A DNA stretch of 63,891 bases, filler included, from Theionarchaea archaeon (GTDB lineage Archaea; Methanobacteriota_B; Thermococci; Methanofastidiosales; SZ-28-30): the NCBI GenBank assembly GCA_018992565.1. It is 7 parts of 7 records of this genome, joined end to end, with 100 filler letters (N's around TTAATTAATTAA, not from the genome) between each part and the next. Parts side by side here need not be neighbours in the genome. Positions count along the whole stretch, not along the records: positions 37,006 to 53,318 come from JACVGW010000063.1; 6 more parts are not named here. The stretch is one strand, 5' to 3'. Each line of letters starts with the position of its first letter. Position 1 is the stretch's first letter. Below are positions 41,873-50,028 of the stretch, one piece after another. The notes beneath the pieces were generated by a model. That model was not told the DNA's origin and made no database searches. It worked only from the letters and a program-made list of their open reading frames with translations. A program made the position numbers and the translations under genes.

Positions 41873-42682
41873 CTATCGTTTCTGGGCAATGGCCTGTAAA
41901 TGGTTCCCTACAGGGCCGAACCCTTCTTCGTTTAAAGCGATCTCGTATGTCAGAATCTTTTTCCTGAATTCTGCATCTGTTTCAAGTCTTTCTCCCAAAT
42001 CCTCAAGATAGGCCGATCCGAAGGTTATGAATACTGGCTTTCCAACTACCTTCACAAGATCAGCCCCTGCCTCATCAAATTCCTCTTTAAAGACACGGGG
42101 TGTAAACGTAAAGGTGCGCGTACCTCTCTTGTCCACTGCAATTCCCTTTTCCAGGATACTCTCTCCTTCAGTAAACCCATGTAGGACAGATTGCCTCATA
42201 AAAAACATGTACCTACTGTCCACGCCAATTTCAATGTAGGACTTCGGTTTGGCAACCCTCACCAATTCTTTTATGGCCTGGAAATGATTCTCTGCACAGT
42301 AAGAGACTGGATCGCCCTCTGATAGCACAAAGTCGAAGTAATCTGAGGAGAAGTCCAGAGCTGTTATATCCCCTTCCTGGACGAAGATTCTGTCTTTTAG
42401 CCCTTCTCCCTCTATTTTTTCAGAAGCTTCTGCCAGCATTTCAGGAGAGACATCCACGAGGTGAACAGTATACCCCCGTCTTGCCAGCTGCATGCTCCAT
42501 TTGCCTGTGCCTCCTCCTGCATCCAAGATAACACCCTCCCCGGGGAGATAATCCTCAATGTACTTCCAGGTAAGCGCGTCATACACTGCCCACATTCCTC
42601 CTGAAAACATCGCATCATAGGACTCCGCCAGTCGACTGTACGTATCTCTTGCATCCTCTCCTTTCATTCCATCACTCCACAA
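41873..42682 (-). CDS. Class I SAM-dependent methyltransferase
   Basis: ILDAGGGTG, VDVS..ML, GD...FDFV, RVAKP. Confidence 0.9.
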   Translation of the reverse strand: MWSDGMKGEDARDTYSRLAESYDAMFSGGMWAVYDALTWKYIEDYLPGEGVILDAGGGTGKWSMQLARRGYTVHLVDVSPEMLAEASEKIEGEGLKDRIFVQEGDITALDFSSDYFDFVLSEGDPVSYCAENHFQAIKELVRVAKPKSYIEIGVDSRYMFFMRQSVLHGFTEGESILEKGIAVDKRGTRTFTFTPRVFKEEFDEAGADLVKVVGKPVFITFGSAYLEDLGERLETDAEFRKKILTYEIALNEEGFGPVGNHLQAIAQKR

Positions 42683-42926
42683 GCTCCAATTCTCTAAATC
42701 TGGACAGCGTTTTCATAACATCCTCCTCCACGGTACCACGATCACTTTCCTGATCCATCAACAAATCCAGAAGCTCTTCCTCTCCCATCCCCTGCTGACA
42801 GGCTTCCATGATGGTGAGAGCTGTCTCATTAAACCGGTATATTTTACCCGTTCCCATGTGAATAACATAGGTTTCTTCAGGTTCTTGTCTAACCAATACC
42901 TGCGGATTAACCCTGGGCAGGCTCAT
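42672..42926 (-). CDS. PqqD-family RiPP recognition element (stand-alone)
   Basis: Three-strand/three-helix RRE pattern: IY.FNETA..I......DV..TL..F...ELVE. Confidence 0.85.
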   Translation of the reverse strand: MSLPRVNPQVLVRQEPEETYVIHMGTGKIYRFNETALTIMEACQQGMGEEELLDLLMDQESDRGTVEEDVMKTLSRFRELELVE

Positions 42927-44217
42927 GGGCATTCCTCCTTTCATGCATATATTCCAAGTAAGGGGCCACAATTTGCTTTACATCAAAGCAGGCGGGGGTG
43001 TAAAGATCCTTATTGACCAGTAGTGACTGATATCCACAGCCTCCCCCACACAACAATGCCATGTCGCATTCCCTGCACATATCTAAAGCAAAGATGGTCC
43101 GATTCCTCCATTTCTCAACTGCTTCCTCAAAAGATAGTTCAGGTATATACACCCCAATACGATGTTCTTTCCAGCCCAGCATGGCCCGACATGGGTACAC
43201 CTCTCCAAAGGGATCGAAGACGTATCGGTTGACCACGGCGGCACAATTCCAGAATGAGGGCCAGAATCGAGGGTGCTCCGTATATAGAGAACCCAGCTTT
43301 GCATATGGTGAAGCCTCGAAGAAGCGGAAATCTTCATGAGCTGCCAGATCCAGAACCTGCCTGTACACTGCAAGGAGCCTCTCATAATCCTCAAGGTTCA
43401 TGATCTGACCACATACGTGGATCATGGCAAAATGGATATGGGGATCATCAACCCATCCCCTCTCTCTGTAAAAGTGGGCGAGCTCTCCAATCCGTGAGAG
43501 AACATCTGGGTCGGAATTTGTCCGAATAAGCAGGGTGAGCCCTATTTCCCGTGCTTTCTCTATATTTCTGACAATGGCATTGAAGGTCCCCTTCCCACTC
43601 CTCGATATTCGTCTCTGATCATGAATGGGTTGGGGGCCATCCAGAGTAATCTGCACAAATTCAGTATTCACAGATGAGATTTCAGAAAGAAAAGAATGCA
43701 GCTCCACACCATTGGTGAAAAGCGTGAATTTATATCCCAGATCATCACCTTTCCTCAAAATATACTGCACAATATCGGCATTCTTCCTCATGAGAGGTTC
43801 CCCCCCTGTTAGAGTCACAAGTTTTTCTCCTGGGCACTGCGCATTGAGCTCTTCCATGGCAGCATATGCTTTATCCACCTTGTATTCATCCATCACCATA
43901 TTCATCATCTGGGGGTTCTTTACCCATATTTCATAGCAGTAAGGGCATCTCAAGTTACAGTCATATGTCACGGCAATAGTACTGTCTGCACACTGTGAGG
44001 CTTTCTTCCTCAGAAAAGCGCAGAAGGCCTGAGCTTTCTCAGCCTCTTCTTCAGGACTCAAATGGGTGAAAAAAGGGTTCAGCTCCTCAGAACCCTCGCC
44101 TTCAAGAAATTTCTCCCCTGTCTGCTTATCTACAAGAGAAACTGCACCTGATAATCCATTAAGTAATAGGTACTTGTCTTTCACTGCAAATACCATGGTA
44201 TACTGGCTCTTTCTGAT
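42907..44217 (-). CDS. Radical SAM/SPASM peptide maturase 1
   Basis: CNLRCPYC, GGEP, ITLDG...HD..R, SPASM C..GEVYPC..CxxC..CGGGC..C; start is either ATC at 44217 or ATG at 44196. Confidence 0.92.
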   Translation of the reverse strand: MRKSQYTMVFAVKDKYLLLNGLSGAVSLVDKQTGEKFLEGEGSEELNPFFTHLSPEEEAEKAQAFCAFLRKKASQCADSTIAVTYDCNLRCPYCYEIWVKNPQMMNMVMDEYKVDKAYAAMEELNAQCPGEKLVTLTGGEPLMRKNADIVQYILRKGDDLGYKFTLFTNGVELHSFLSEISSVNTEFVQITLDGPQPIHDQRRISRSGKGTFNAIVRNIEKAREIGLTLLIRTNSDPDVLSRIGELAHFYRERGWVDDPHIHFAMIHVCGQIMNLEDYERLLAVYRQVLDLAAHEDFRFFEASPYAKLGSLYTEHPRFWPSFWNCAAVVNRYVFDPFGEVYPCRAMLGWKEHRIGVYIPELSFEEAVEKWRNRTIFALDMCRECDMALLCGGGCGYQSLLVNKDLYTPACFDVKQIVAPYLEYMHERRNAHEPAQG

Positions 44218-44394
44218 GGACCCACCTCCTTTCTGTTCTGGTAATCCGGCTTATAAAGGTTTTCTTGCCCTTACCCTCTCTCTGATCATCCTTGGTTTCT
44301 GTGGATATATCTCCATTGTTCACTAGTGAAAATTTAACGGCATCCCCAAGAAAAATAAAAAAATAGAAAAGTTGTTGCATTATTGTTCCAATGC

Positions 44395-44472
44395 TTAGTC
44401 TACAATGACTGCGCAGCACATGCACTGGTCAATCTCCATAGAAATCTCTTCAATTTCAGATCGTATATACAT
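44395..44472 (-). CDS. RiPP precursor peptide A1: MYIRSEIEEISMEIDQCMCCAVIVD
   Basis: Manually translated; own BRE-TATA, AGGTGAT SD, T-rich terminator; paralog of A2. Confidence 0.85.
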   Translation of the reverse strand: MYIRSEIEEISMEIDQCMCCAVIVD

Positions 44473-44768
44473 GGATATCACCTGGTCTTCTTTACACCTT
44501 CTCTCTTATAAATCTTTCGGAAAAGCATAATTGATTCAACACAAATAAAAAATACTGCTAATGTAATAAAGGCAGATCCGCTCAAAACTAAAGCCAGGAA
44601 GACGGCACGATACCTGCGGCTTTTAATGCACGATCTTGTCTTGTCGAAATGCCTTGCGCTCAGTCTTCAACCATTCAGTTGCCTGCAGTTCTCCATATGA
44701 TTCAAAAAATGATGAGAAGAATAAGAAAAAGAAGGAAAAAAAGAGGACTTCCAAAGTAAGAGAATTGC

Positions 44769-44867
44769 TTATGCAACAACTCCAATGTTGTCTATGGGAG
44801 CTGCAGCACAGCACATGCACTGGTCAATCTCCATAGAAATCTCTTCAATTTCGGATTTTATGTACAT
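44769..44867 (-). CDS. RiPP precursor peptide A2: MYIKSEIEEISMEIDQCMCCAAAPIDNIGVVA
   Basis: Manually translated; same promoter and SD as A1; synonymous differences from A1 (TAT/TAC, TCT/TCC, TGC/TGT). Confidence 0.85.
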   Translation of the reverse strand: MYIKSEIEEISMEIDQCMCCAAAPIDNIGVVA

Positions 44868-45071
44868 GGATATCACCTGGTCTTCTTTATCGTAGGGACT
44901 TATAAATCTTTCGTTCAGGTTTAATAGAATCTAAGAACTCAGTAATAAATGGTAATACAACACATAATTTATCACTTGAGATTATATGATGTTGAGGAGT
45001 AAACACAATCTCCATTTCAAACGCATCTGATCTTCTTGTAGGATGAAAACTTCTGAAAGAGCTGTCGAAAA

Positions 45072-46313
45072 TCACTCCCCAATCTTCTTGCCTTCTGCTA
45101 TCAGGAGCAATGCCGGAAGCATGGCTGCAAGAAGACACACAGATGTGATTTGGAATGTCATCCTGATACTGAACAGCTCTGCAACGTAGCCATACATCAA
45201 GGGGGCAACAATGCTGGCCACGCCTCTCACTGACCCCAGTGTCCCGAAGTACGTACCTCGAAGGTCTGCAGGAACGATATCCACAATTAATGCGCTCATG
45301 ACCGGGCGAAACATCCCATCACCAACCCCAATCAATGCCCACAAAACTACCATCCAGGCCAGGTTGGGAGAATATGCCATGCCGGTATTGAAGACGATAA
45401 TGAGCGTCAATCCAAGACCAATGAACGCTTTCCTCTTTCCCAGTCTATCAGAAATCCATCCTCCAAAGGGCTGGACCACGGCAAACGTGATCCATGAAAC
45501 TGCAACAATGGGTCCCAGGAGTTCATCGCCTGCTCCAAATACCTTCGCTGCAAATAAGGGAACATAAACGGGGTATACTCTCAGCGCAAACGTGAAGAAA
45601 AACGAATAGATCATCAGTCCGAGAGTACTTCTCTGCACTGCCATGGCACGGACGCCCTTTGTGAACCGTTCAAGTCTGCCTTCAGGGGGACCACGTGAAG
45701 GAGTCTCCTCTTTTCGTTCAACAGTTTCCTTGAGAAAGACTGCAAGTACCAGAGAAGAACCAAAGAAGCATGCAGAAGTGATATAGAATAGTTCTCTAAA
45801 CCCGAATCCCCAGGCTAAGATTGCTCCACCTGCAAAGAGAGCCGCAGAATATACAATGCTCTCCACCGAAGAATAAAAGCCGAATAGAGTTGCTCGTCCC
45901 TTTTCAGGAGCGACATCTCCCACCATAGCGCTGAGAACCGGTTGGGAGCTTTCAGAAACGACGGTACGCGCAGAATGGATAACTGCCAGTCCCAAGGCAC
46001 TACGGATGACAAGATAAAAGGGGGTCAAGAGACTCACGAGGAACGAGAGACTCACAATGAGCTTTTTTCTTCCGTATTGATCTGATACATTCCCTATGAG
46101 AGGCCGCATCACCAGCGAACCCAAGCTTGCCATTGAAAAAATAATCCCTAAATTCTTGAAACTGATTCCCTGTTCTACAAAATAAACTGCAAATATGGGA
46201 TTCAAGAATCCTGCACCCACCATTGAAACTCCACTTGCCAGAAGAAGTGCTGGGATATTCGTTGATTGTGAAAGTAATTTCCAGACTTTCTTGATTTCTT
46301 GGAATGCTGACAT
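45072..46313 (-). CDS. MFS transporter (candidate exporter)
   Basis: GNVSDQYGRK and GWISDRLGKRK motifs; about 12 TM. Confidence 0.9.
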   Translation of the reverse strand: MSAFQEIKKVWKLLSQSTNIPALLLASGVSMVGAGFLNPIFAVYFVEQGISFKNLGIIFSMASLGSLVMRPLIGNVSDQYGRKKLIVSLSFLVSLLTPFYLVIRSALGLAVIHSARTVVSESSQPVLSAMVGDVAPEKGRATLFGFYSSVESIVYSAALFAGGAILAWGFGFRELFYITSACFFGSSLVLAVFLKETVERKEETPSRGPPEGRLERFTKGVRAMAVQRSTLGLMIYSFFFTFALRVYPVYVPLFAAKVFGAGDELLGPIVAVSWITFAVVQPFGGWISDRLGKRKAFIGLGLTLIIVFNTGMAYSPNLAWMVVLWALIGVGDGMFRPVMSALIVDIVPADLRGTYFGTLGSVRGVASIVAPLMYGYVAELFSIRMTFQITSVCLLAAMLPALLLIAEGKKIGE

Positions 46314-46591
46314 ATCAGTTCCTCCTTCGATGTCCCTTCTTTGCGTAGAACCCTTTATAAGGTTTATCTTTCCCTTTCATTTACTCAATCATCTTCTCAA
46401 GTTAACTCGATTATTGATGTTTTCCTTGATTGATGTGGAAACCTTCTTCGATCTTGTTCCGCGTGTGGGGGGAAATTTCTTGAGGTATGTGGGCTGCCTG
46501 AAGCCGGTCACGAATACTCCCGAGTGGCAACTCGATGAGAGGACAGAAAATGAGAGAACTGTACTGGAAAGTAAGTGAAATGTGACGTGGA

Positions 46592-47623
46592 TCAGCATAA
46601 CGTTGAAAGAGGATCTGGATCGCTGATCCCGCCCGATGCTGCATATGCATCTGCCCTGCACCCCCCTGTACATAAGGAAAGGTACTCACAGTCGAGACAT
46701 TTTTGAGGGACGTGGGAAAATGTCCTGCACTTCCAGATGAATTCCGATCTACTCCAAATAGATCTCAATGATTCTTCTTTCAGATCTCCTTCTTCACTTC
46801 CCATGGCCCCGCATGTGCGCACTAGTCCTTCTGGGGAGACTGCACACCAGGTTATCCCTCCCTGGCAACCCACCACATCAAATTTCTGGTAGATTTCAAG
46901 CATAGAAGGAATACCCTCCTCTCCGAGGCAGCACACAGGGAAAGGAGACTGAATGGATGCACCTTTCACGTCACAGTGAAGCAAGAACCGCATCAACTCG
47001 GATATGGTCCTGCTGGTAAACTGCAAGGCTTTACGAGCATGTTTTCCCGTGAGCACCAGGCGGGTCATGCTGAGATTGGCTCCCAATGACTTGGCAACGT
47101 CTTCAACGTGGGGCAGCTCTCTAAAATTAAGGCGGGTTAGAGCCAGGTTAATATTAGTGGGAACTCTATGGTCTGCCAGGTGATTGAGTCCGCATGCAGC
47201 TTTCTGGTAGGCTCCCTGGACGCCCACAAGAGAATCATGTGTTTTCTCAGTCCCATGGAGCGAAACCTGCACTGATGTGTGCAAATTCTTTAACATCTGT
47301 GCCTTCTCTTCTGTTAGCAGGGTCCCATTGGTAACCACGCATGTTTTCATGCTGTGATTTCTTGCATGTTCTATGAGTTCGAAAATATCTCTTCGCATGA
47401 GGGGCTCCCCCCCGGTGAAAAAAAGCATTTTGACGTCAGCCTCCTGGAGTTGATCCAGAATTGCGGTCATGTTGGTGTGGCTATGCCCTTTTTCCCACAC
47501 GTTGTAGCAGAACTGGCACATATTGTTGCATCGGGAAGTCACTTCCAGTTCTACTGTTATGGGGGAGGAAAGTGCCCTTCCCAGCTGCTGTGATCCCTTT
47601 CTGAATTCTTCAGGGGACTTCAT
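46592..47623 (-). CDS. Radical SAM/SPASM protein 2 (PqqE-like)
   Basis: CNNMCQFC, TGGEP, HD.L.G..GA, SPASM C..C..CxxC..CTGGC. Confidence 0.92.
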   Translation of the reverse strand: MKSPEEFRKGSQQLGRALSSPITVELEVTSRCNNMCQFCYNVWEKGHSHTNMTAILDQLQEADVKMLFFTGGEPLMRRDIFELIEHARNHSMKTCVVTNGTLLTEEKAQMLKNLHTSVQVSLHGTEKTHDSLVGVQGAYQKAACGLNHLADHRVPTNINLALTRLNFRELPHVEDVAKSLGANLSMTRLVLTGKHARKALQFTSRTISELMRFLLHCDVKGASIQSPFPVCCLGEEGIPSMLEIYQKFDVVGCQGGITWCAVSPEGLVRTCGAMGSEEGDLKEESLRSIWSRSEFIWKCRTFSHVPQKCLDCEYLSLCTGGCRADAYAASGGISDPDPLSTLC

Positions 47624-48452
47624 GCATGACCTCCTGGTAGTGAAGTGCGTCAGCACGTGCTCTGTTCACATCTGTATATCGATGCTTGAGCAGTACACGA
47701 TTATCCCGAATAAGGTATAGAGACAAGTACCCGGCGAGAGGGTTCTCCATAATAAAAGGTGTAGAGCCAACCTGGGAAATGTCTATGGAGGGTTTTCGGG
47801 ATTTTGAGCTGGCATCAGCAGGCACGAGCACAAATGCATCACCTGCACCAGGAAGATAATCAAGAATCTGACGTAAATCAGGCTGTGCCTGCGCCTGAAT
47901 GAGGTTCTGAATCTCTAAACTGCATTTCTGATACGTGTAAGGGAGTGCAATCTCTAGAGCAGAAAACATGCTCCTGATGTGACGCAGGTGAACTGCTTCA
48001 CTCTTATAGGTATCAAGGCTGAAAGGAATGAGAAAGACAGGAGCCTGAACAACCCCATGAGAAAAACCTTCCAGAGCATCAATCTTGGCCTGTACAGCTT
48101 CAGGCTTTCCGTGGGAAATCCACCCATCTGGAGAAAACATGCACCCCGTTGAGAAGAAGTTCTTGGGGAGTTGTTCCCCCGTTGCTGCGCTGGTTAAAAG
48201 CAAGAATAGGGGCACAGAGGTACTCCATCCATCTACAGCCCAACTGTCCACTGAAACGAGAAAATCATGGTTTTGGTATTGGAGAATCTTTTCCATGAAT
48301 TGAGTGATAGTGCGCAGTTGGAACTGCCATTCTGGATAGTAAACTGTGGACGAATCCAGAAATATCTTCCCATTACCTTTCTTTTTCTGCACACTGAGTG
48401 TTCGGGCGACTGCTCCCCCATGAGATAAAACAAGAATAGCTGTGGAGATCAT
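47610..48452 (-). CDS. Stand-alone Lon-type (S16) protease domain protein
   Basis: DGWS aligns with Lon DGPS; TG at Lon spacing; downstream Lys in AKIDA; no AAA domain. Confidence 0.6.
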   Translation of the reverse strand: MISTAILVLSHGGAVARTLSVQKKKGNGKIFLDSSTVYYPEWQFQLRTITQFMEKILQYQNHDFLVSVDSWAVDGWSTSVPLFLLLTSAATGEQLPKNFFSTGCMFSPDGWISHGKPEAVQAKIDALEGFSHGVVQAPVFLIPFSLDTYKSEAVHLRHIRSMFSALEIALPYTYQKCSLEIQNLIQAQAQPDLRQILDYLPGAGDAFVLVPADASSKSRKPSIDISQVGSTPFIMENPLAGYLSLYLIRDNRVLLKHRYTDVNRARADALHYQEVMHEVP

Positions 48453-49516
48453 CTTGAGTCCTCCGGGTTGTACCAGCATTGAGGATCAGGAGTATTGTAA
48501 TCATTGGAAAACGCATAGGCGATACAGGCTGCGCCCCCATTGCACAACCCGTTATACTGCAGATACTTGCAGGACTGACATTTTCCCTTTAAGAGAGGTT
48601 GACGTCTTCTGAAATCCCACAAGACATCATTCTTGAACCAAATGTCCAGAAAGGACTGCTCAAGAAGAGAACCGAGTGGGATGGGCAACCTCCTGCAGGG
48701 GACAGCAGTGCCATCTGCCAGAACGGTAAAGGTGGATGAAGCTACAGCACATGCATTCCCCAGCCGCTCTTCTCTGTTCTTATATCGTCTCACAGCTTCT
48801 TCTGGATCAGTTAAATGAAAGAGACACCTATTTTCCACGATGTGAGGGGTTCCTATCCTGGATAATTCTTGATTCCTCTGGTGCAGATAGGCAAGAACCT
48901 CTCCAGTCTCTTCAGGAGTCAAGACAGCGTCCATGGCTTTTCCTTTTCCTATAGGGACCAATCGGGTTAGATATAATGTATCCACGCCCAGTTTCTCTCC
49001 CAGAGCGATGATGGAAGGAATATCACTCTTATTCTGAGCATGAAAGGTATAACTTATGGTGGTCTTGAGAGGTGTACCGGCTATGACGGAAATCAGTCCT
49101 GATACTGCCTTTTCAAATGCTCCTTCTCCTCGTATGGGGTCATTAACTGAAGGTATACTCCCATCAAGACTCACCTGTATGGTGGTTATGGGTGGGGTAA
49201 ATTCATTAAGCCTTTCGATTACGTGTGGGGTGATGAGCGTTCCATTGGTCTCCAGGAGAACCTGGGTAACGCCTTTTGAGTGTAAGTAGTGGACAAGATC
49301 AAAGAGATCTTGGCGAAGAAATGGTTCTCCCCCACTTAAAGCAAAACATGGTGTTACCTTAAGAACGGTTAATCCTTCCATCAGAGTATCTGCAATCCTT
49401 ATGAGCTGTTCAAAGGGAAGATCCTGCATCTTTTCATCCCTGTAACAGTGAGTGCAGTGCAGGTTGCAGCGATCAGTGATGTGCCACTGCAGAGTAAATC
49501 CTCGGGTCGGCTGCAT
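48449..49516 (-). CDS. Radical SAM/SPASM protein 3
   Basis: LQWHITDRCNLHCTHCY, SGGEP, QVSLDG, SPASM C..PC..CxxC..CNGG..C..DPQC. Confidence 0.92.
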   Translation of the reverse strand: MQPTRGFTLQWHITDRCNLHCTHCYRDEKMQDLPFEQLIRIADTLMEGLTVLKVTPCFALSGGEPFLRQDLFDLVHYLHSKGVTQVLLETNGTLITPHVIERLNEFTPPITTIQVSLDGSIPSVNDPIRGEGAFEKAVSGLISVIAGTPLKTTISYTFHAQNKSDIPSIIALGEKLGVDTLYLTRLVPIGKGKAMDAVLTPEETGEVLAYLHQRNQELSRIGTPHIVENRCLFHLTDPEEAVRRYKNREERLGNACAVASSTFTVLADGTAVPCRRLPIPLGSLLEQSFLDIWFKNDVLWDFRRRQPLLKGKCQSCKYLQYNGLCNGGAACIAYAFSNDYNTPDPQCWYNPEDSR

Positions 49517-49691
49517 GGATGTTCACCCACCTCGGTATTACATGAGGTTTTATAAGTCTTTTCTCGAGAGTGGGAATTACCCATCAGTTTACACCGTCAT
49601 TCTAGAGGTAGCTTTACAGGATGTGGGGTAACGGATGTCGATACGATTAGGAGAATTCTGCAAGAATCCACAAAAAAGGAAAAAAGGGAAC

Positions 49692-50027
49692 TTAATGGAC
49701 GAAGGCTTTCTTTCCAGTTGCTCCAATGAGTGCTCCCAGCAATGACAGAATCCCTCCCACTATCAGGGTCAAAGGAAGTGCAGGAAGCCCTGCCACGGCA
49801 TTGACAAAGGACAAAACAGCTCCAAAATGACCAGAACCTGCAAATCGGAGAACTAAGAGCAGCCAGGCCAGGACTCCTCCCACAAACCCAAGAAGAGCTG
49901 ACTTCTTGTAATCCTCAATGAGATATCCACCCAGAATGCCAGCTATCACCACGAGAACCCAGTGGGCCACAGTGAGAGCAGCTCCCAGGACAACTATCAC
50001 TGCACATCCCAGAATATCTTTTTTCAT
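49692..50027 (-). CDS. Gly-rich small membrane protein
   Basis: Four hydrophobic GxxxG-rich helices; coupled to the acylase gene. Confidence 0.7.
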   Translation of the reverse strand: MKKDILGCAVIVVLGAALTVAHWVLVVIAGILGGYLIEDYKKSALLGFVGGVLAWLLLVLRFAGSGHFGAVLSFVNAVAGLPALPLTLIVGGILSLLGALIGATGKKAFVH

Positions 50028-50028
50028 G

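Noticed and set aside
46195..46689. Short ORFs between the MFS and rSAM2 as a third precursor
   Set aside because: No clear SD, no similarity to the A1/A2 leader, and they overlap neighbouring genes
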